A DNA stretch of 63,969 nucleotides, counting the filler, from an uncultured Methanosarcinales archaeon (GTDB lineage Archaea > Nanobdellota > Nanobdellia > Woesearchaeales > CAZKBD01): NCBI GenBank assembly GCA_964550945.1. It is 3 parts of 3 records of this genome, joined end to end, with 100 filler letters (N's around TTAATTAATTAA, not from the genome) between each part and the next. Parts side by side here need not be neighbours in the genome. Positions count along the whole stretch, not along the records: positions 47,526 to 63,969 come from CAZKBD010000038.1; 2 more parts are not named here. The stretch is one strand, 5' to 3'. Positions 58,468 to 63,969 of the stretch are shown piece after piece. The position numbers and the translations under genes are program-made. The notes beneath the pieces were generated by a model. It had not been told where the DNA came from. It did no database searches and saw nothing but the letters and a program-made list of their open reading frames with translations. Within the stretch, counting starts at the first letter, position 1. Each line of letters begins with the position of its first letter.

Positions 58468-59426
58468 AATCAAAAAAAGGCATGTATTTCACTATATTGA
58501 CAATTGCTTTCCTGACAATATTCCTGTTCATATTTGTAGCTCACAACTACCATAGGTTGAGTGATGATATGCTGGCAATAGAGATGAGAGTTGATGCAAC
58601 AAATGATTTTATTAAAAACCTGAATAGGGATGTTGAGCGCGGCTTGTATATCTCATCTTACAGGGCAATATTATCGTTAGAAGGCTACATAATCTCCAAA
58701 GGCAAATTTCTTAATGATTCTGAGCTCTGCTTGAAAGAAGCAATGATTAACGGAACTTTATTTGGTGAGAATCTTTCCTTGATGAAAGATGACGCTACTA
58801 CTTTGCCTGATTGGATCAACAATATCAAGAGAGAAAGCCGCAGATTGAACATCAACACAGAAATAACAGTAGGGAATATAACAGTTTATCAAAAAGATCC
58901 TTGGAAGATTACTGTCGGAGCTAATTATACATTATTTGTGAATGATAGTGCAGGGCTTGCTTCCTGGAAAAGGCAAGAATACACAGAAACAGATATCAGC
59001 ATAGAAGGATTTGAAGATCCATTGTATATAGTATTTGGCCTTGGCAGGATAACTAATGTGATCAATAGGACTGATTTTGAGAATAATTACACATTTAAGG
59101 TGGATGAAACATGGAATATGACGCATCTTTTGGCTCATATAGAAAACTCCCTTTATGCTGCTAATCCAAATGCTCCTAGTTTCCTTGCCAGGTTTGAGTA
59201 TAACCTAAGCCCTTCTGAATATGGCATTGAAAGCTTTGTGGATTTAAGTAAGTTAAGCAGCCAAAGCCTCGACATAAATGATGGTGCTAGCATCATAGAT
59301 TACCATTATTTCCCTGATGATGGAAATGGCGATTACAGGATTAATTTCACTCCCCAATGGGTTAAGATAGATAATGAGCACAGAGCAAGGTATAATGTAA
59401 CCTCAGTCAGCTACCCTATCGGATAA
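58464..59426 (+). CDS. Minor pilin-like protein
   Basis: KKG/MYFTI signal; SIEGFEDPLY, APSFLARF, GIESFV. Confidence 0.8.
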   Translation: MKSKKGMYFTILTIAFLTIFLFIFVAHNYHRLSDDMLAIEMRVDATNDFIKNLNRDVERGLYISSYRAILSLEGYIISKGKFLNDSELCLKEAMINGTLFGENLSLMKDDATTLPDWINNIKRESRRLNINTEITVGNITVYQKDPWKITVGANYTLFVNDSAGLASWKRQEYTETDISIEGFEDPLYIVFGLGRITNVINRTDFENNYTFKVDETWNMTHLLAHIENSLYAANPNAPSFLARFEYNLSPSEYGIESFVDLSKLSSQSLDINDGASIIDYHYFPDDGNGDYRINFTPQWVKIDNEHRARYNVTSVSYPIG

Positions 59427-59490
59427 AAAGCACAAAATTTTTATATGTCGCTGCATTCCGCAATGATTAATTGTTAATGGGGGGGTTGGA

Positions 59491-62400
59491 ATGAGTTTAG
59501 ACACGATTCTTAAAGGAGTAGTTAGAAGCAGATTAGCTAGATTTGGCTTGGGAATAGCCACTTTTTTGACTTCAGTAGGGCAGACACGTGCTGATATACC
59601 AATAGAAGAGGTTCTAGATGCTTTTTTAGGCAATAAACCTGCTATTGTAGAAGTTTACGATCCATCAGTTGCAGGATACCCTACAAAAATACCCTCACCA
59701 GAAGTCCTTGAAATATTCAGAAATGATTACATCGCCCTGGGAGTTAACCCCCATCCAGACGAATATTGGACTATGCCTAAGATAAGTTATGGTATACCAC
59801 AAACGCCTGCAGATTATTTTGGAACTGTCAATGACATTGGCAATTTTTTTGGAGAGATAGCTATTGAAAATATATCAGTAGAAGGCAGGATTGGTGGAAT
59901 AAATTATGCTCAACCATCCTCACTAATCCAATACGAAAGTGATACATGGTATCATCTCATAGTCAGAGCTGATGACCCTGAAACAACTGATATAATAGAA
60001 GGAGGTATTCCAGGGCAATCAGTACAGATTTATTTTGTAAATGATGGCACAAGTAGTTTAGTTGGAGTAGGTGAATGGCAGTTTGGAAGCCAGAGATATA
60101 ATATACTTGTTGATTCTGATCAGGATGGATTGACTAATAAGGAAGAAACAGATATCCACTTTACAGATCCTAATAATCCTGATACAGACAGTGATAATCG
60201 TCGGGATAGTTATGAGATAGCACAAGGGACTGATCCTCTAGTATGTGATAAACCAGTTGTTCCTGCAAATGTTGTTGCTACTGATAATCTTGCAGATATA
60301 ATCCAGGTAACCTGGGCTTCTTCTGTTGGTGCTACAGATTATCGGGTTTATAGAGGATTAACTGATAATTCCGCACAAGCTAGCGTGATTAGCGATTGGA
60401 TTGCTGAAACTAGCGTTACAGACACAACTGCATCTCAAAACCCAGCCAATACATACTATTATTTTGTTGTTGCTAGAAATGATTGTGTTGTTGGTGATTT
60501 CAGCTCATCAGACCAAGGCTCTGTTTTATGCCAGATTCCAGCTGCTCCTGCAAATGTTGATGCTACTGATGATCTTGCAGATAGGGTTGAGGTAACTTGG
60601 AATGCTTCTCCAGAAGTGGAAGGGGCAAATAATTATCAGGTTTACAGGGGATTATCAATCAATCCTGCAGATGCTATTGCAATCAGCGGTAGTTTAGCAT
60701 CTGGCATAACAAGCTTTACAGACACAACTGCTCAGGTATTGACTGGCTATAATTATTTTGTTCTTGCTGAGGATGTTTGCGGCACTAGCAGTTTCAGCTC
60801 ACCAGACCAAGGATCTGTTTTATGCCAGATTCCAGCTGCTCCTGCAAATGTTAATGCTACTGATGATCTTGCAGATAGGGTTGAGGTAACTTGGAATGCT
60901 TCTCCAGAAGTGGAAGGGGCAAATAATTATCAGGTTTACAGGGGATTATCAATCAATCCTGCAGATGCTATTGCAATCAGCGGTAGTTTAGCATCTGGCA
61001 TAACAAGCTTTACAGACACAACTGCTCAGGTATTGACTGGCTATAATTATTTTGTTCTTGCTGAAAATGTTTGCGGCACTAGCAGTTTCAGCTCACCAGA
61101 CCAAGGATCTGTTTTATGCCAGATTCCAGCTGCTCCTGCAAATGTTAATGCTACTGATGATCTTGCAGATAGGGTTGAGGTAACTTGGAATGCTTCTCCA
61201 GANNNNNNNNNNNNNNNNNNNNNNNNNNNNNNNNNNNNNNNNNNNNNNNNNNNNNNNNNNNNNNNNNNNNNNNNNNNNNNNNNNNNNNNNNNNNNNNNNN
61301 NNGGTATTGACTGGCTATAATTATTTTGTTCTTGCTGAAAATGTTTGCGGCACTAGCCCTTATAGCTCATCAGACCAAGGCTCTGTTTTATGCCAGATTC
61401 CAGCTGCTCCTGCAAATGTTGATGCTACTGATGATCTTGCAGATAGGGTTGAGGTAACTTGGAATGCTTCTCCAGAAGTGGAAGGGGCAAATAATTATCA
61501 GGTTTACAGGGGATTATCAATCAATCCTGCAGATGCTATTGCAATCAGCGGTAGTTTAGCATCTGGCATAACAAGCTTTACAGACACAACTGCTCAGGTA
61601 TTGACTGGCTATAATTATTTTGTTCTTGCTGAGGATGTTTGCGGCACTAGCAGTTTCAGCTCACCAGACCAAGGATCTGTTTTGTACCAGGTTCCAGATG
61701 CTCCTTATTCTGGGCTAATAACAAATGTAGGCAGTTTCTTTGGAGGGATTGATGCAAGTACCTTATCCATAGAAGCTAGGATTGATGGAGTAAATTACGC
61801 GCAAGATTCTTCAATAACCAGAGATGGTAGTTGGAATCTTCACTATCAAACTACGATAAAGGCAGATGACCCCTACACATCAGCTATAGAAGGCGGCGTA
61901 ACTGGGCAGATGGCGGATATTTATTTTGTTGGCGGCTCTGGTTCAATAGACCGCCTTTTGGGAGTTGTTGAATGGCAGTCTGGCAGCAATGCCTATGACA
62001 TAAGCGTTGATCTAGACCAAGACAGCTTAAGTGATGCTGAAGAAACATATATACATTCAACAGATTATTCAAATGCAGATACAGATTTAGACGGCCTTAA
62101 TGACGGATTGGAAGTGCTAACCTATAATACAAATCCTTTATTGATGGATACAGACAATGACGGCTTAAATGATTACAAGGAGCTGGTATCATATGACTCA
62201 AACCCATTCGAACCTGATACAGATGGGGATGGATTAACTGACGGGTTAGAAGTCAACACTTACTCTACTCACCCATCATATACTGACACAGATAATGATG
62301 AGTTGGATGATTACTATGAGATATTTACCAGCCATACAAACCCTATATCGTGGGATACTGATGATGACTTGTTATGGGATAATATTGAACTAATATGGGG

Positions 62401-63067
62401 CATTAATCCTCTTTTGGCAGACTCTGATGGAGACGGGCTTACAGATTACTTTGAAGCAAGATATGATGAAAATAGATATGCTACTCGTACCTACTACAAC
62501 CCATTCCACCCTACTAATAATCCAAGAGGCACTGACCTTAACGCTTTGCTGGCAGACACAGATGCTGATGGATTTTCAGACAGCAATGAGCTAGATACAG
62601 GCTATAATCCCTTAGAGTGCGATGCGCCGCGAGATATGAGTAATATTGATGCCACTACAGGCCACATAGGCCAAGTTAGAATAACATGGGAAGCTATAGA
62701 CCATGCTAAAGAATACCGGGTTTATAGAGGAGCGCCATCAAGCTCTTTTCAAGATGCTAAGCCTATAAGCGGATGGCAGGCTGAAACAAGTTATACAGAT
62801 ACAACAGCAGAACCGCCAGAATATGTTGGCGGTGGTTGCTTTAAAAAAGGCACTGAAACTCCAGTAGAATATATTTATTGGGTGAGAGCCAGGAACACAT
62901 GTGGAAATAGTGACCCCAGCTCTCCAGATAATGGGTATGCTCTAAAATCAGGCCAATCAACAACCAATTCTGCTGCTGTTGGAGACCCAGTTATGTTATT
63001 ACTTGCAGGAGCAGGACTCTTATTAGGGAGCAGAAGAAAACCGATAAGCGAAACAACAAATAACTGA
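59491..63067 (+). CDS. Large secreted adhesin: FN3-like tandem repeats, DxDxDG Ca-binding repeats, C-terminal TM anchor (one gene spanning gap 61203-61302)
   Basis: Signal peptide; same repeat on both sides of the gap; C-terminal GDPVMLLLAGAGLLLGSRRK. Confidence 0.82.
60511..61680 (+). repeat. 294-bp (98-aa) near-identical tandem repeats, at least 4 copies
   Basis: GACCAAGG unit starts at 60511, 60805, 61099, 61373 and 61667. Confidence 0.93.
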
Positions 63068-63228
63068 CTGTGTTGCCAAGGAATAATCTCCCTTCAATAA
63101 CTTGGTTGGTTCATCTTTTTCTATACAGCTCGTATATTATTCCTAACTCAATAGCAACAAAATAACCGAAATATTTAACTTTTATGCCTGTAAGGCTACG
63201 CCTGCCATAACAGAATCCTCTGAATGAT

Positions 63229-63603
63229 CTATGCCTTTACAAACTCAACATTTTCCATATTTTCAAATTCCTTGTCTCCTGTCAAAAATTTAATATTCAG
63301 TTTCTTTGCGAGGATATGGCCTATACAGTCCGTCATAGAGATATTCTGTTTTCTATTGTTAAACCTGAATAGCATAGCTTCTTTTATTACATCCGGACTT
63401 ACTCTTATTACATATTGCGAATATTTATCAGTATATTCATAAGCTTTGTCGACATTGTGCTCTTTAATCAAATTGTAACATAGTTCTGTTAATATAAACT
63501 CATTGATCAAGATAGCGGAATCAAGATAAGGCTCGTAGTTTTTATTGCCCCTTATTAGTTCTATAATCGCATAGGTGTCAAAAACAAATGCGTTCTTAGT
63601 CAT
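63229..63603 (-). CDS. vapC: PIN-domain toxin
   Basis: FDTYAIIE, TEL, ISMTDCIG, LTGDKEF. Confidence 0.92.
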   Translation of the reverse strand: MTKNAFVFDTYAIIELIRGNKNYEPYLDSAILINEFILTELCYNLIKEHNVDKAYEYTDKYSQYVIRVSPDVIKEAMLFRFNNRKQNISMTDCIGHILAKKLNIKFLTGDKEFENMENVEFVKA

Positions 63604-63817
63604 TATACAACTCCTTGTCTGTTTCTTTCATCATCTTTTGAGTAGATTTTCTAAATTTTAATGCACCAAAAGTTTCTTTTAAGATGTTCCTATCTTTTAA
63701 CAATAAGACCTTTAATTTTTCTCCAGGCTTAATCTCTAAATCCCTGATGGCTTCATTTGGCAGAGTTATGCCTAATGAATTGCCCCAGTTCCTGACTTTT
63801 GTTTCGATTTCTATCAT
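63596..63817 (-). CDS. vapB: AbrB/MazE-fold antitoxin
   Basis: KVRNWGNSLGITLP....LEIKPGE; overlaps vapC. Confidence 0.9.
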   Translation of the reverse strand: MIEIETKVRNWGNSLGITLPNEAIRDLEIKPGEKLKVLLLKDRNILKETFGALKFRKSTQKMMKETDKELYND

Positions 63818-63969
63818 TTTTATCCTCCGTATAATTAATATAATTATATAAATATAATTGAATATATAAACCTTTCCATATTTTTGTAACCACTTAGAGA
63901 TGAATAATAACCGAAATAGTCAACGCGATAGATAGTTGCTAGATTTTAGCATAAAATTTGTTTTGTCAA

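Noticed and set aside
61203..61302. Two overlapping adhesin ORFs suggesting a frameshift
   Set aside because: Gap-size artefact; the 294-bp period predicts a frame-preserving true gap.
60511..61680. Tandem repeats as CRISPR array or DGR template/variable repeats
   Set aside because: Units are in-frame coding repeats without spacers; no cas or reverse transcriptase gene is in the window.
918..63442. Numerous 60-200 aa antisense or alternative-frame ORFs in the ORF track (e.g. 7365-7886, 18820-19410, 29888-30451, 46671-47309, 53234-53857, 44664-44855)
   Set aside because: Shadow ORFs opposite well-supported genes or tRNAs, with Ser/Phe/Leu-rich antisense composition and no motifs.

Overview
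AT-rich archaeal MAG sequence, most likely Woesearchaeota (DPANN/Nanobdellota), judging from the fused PriS-PriL primase, GyrA, archaeal FtsZ/XPD/CarS, BRE-TATA promoters and class III-signal pilins. It consists of three contigs joined by artificial N44-TTAATTAATTAA-N44 linkers (24107-24206, 47426-47525), so adjacency across those points is not real. Contig 1 carries a complete trp operon (with rpe and an MNT-HEPN pair inserted), trpS, pdxST, gyrA and the primase. Contig 2 carries rpiB, a lipid cluster mixing bacterial-type and archaeal-type enzymes (2x PlsC, a DAG glycosyltransferase, a PHP hydrolase, a DUF362 Fe-S protein, CarS and a divergent PgsA), an ftsZ operon, gatCAB, XPD, a RecJ-like protein, uppS, two intron-containing tRNAs and four tandem paralogs of unknown function. 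Contig 3 carries a type IV pilus/Tad locus, a large repeat adhesin and vapBC. The most notable signals are: the chimeric lipid operon; a tRNA-Leu(UAA) with three BHB-type introns (8/9, 37/38, 51/52); a family of short palindromic units inserted in frame in a gene, at a start codon and apparently in a tRNA intron; a ~230 bp non-coding element present twice; and an unannotated 42-aa zinc-finger microprotein coupled to gatB. All calls come from reading motifs by eye; no database searches were run.
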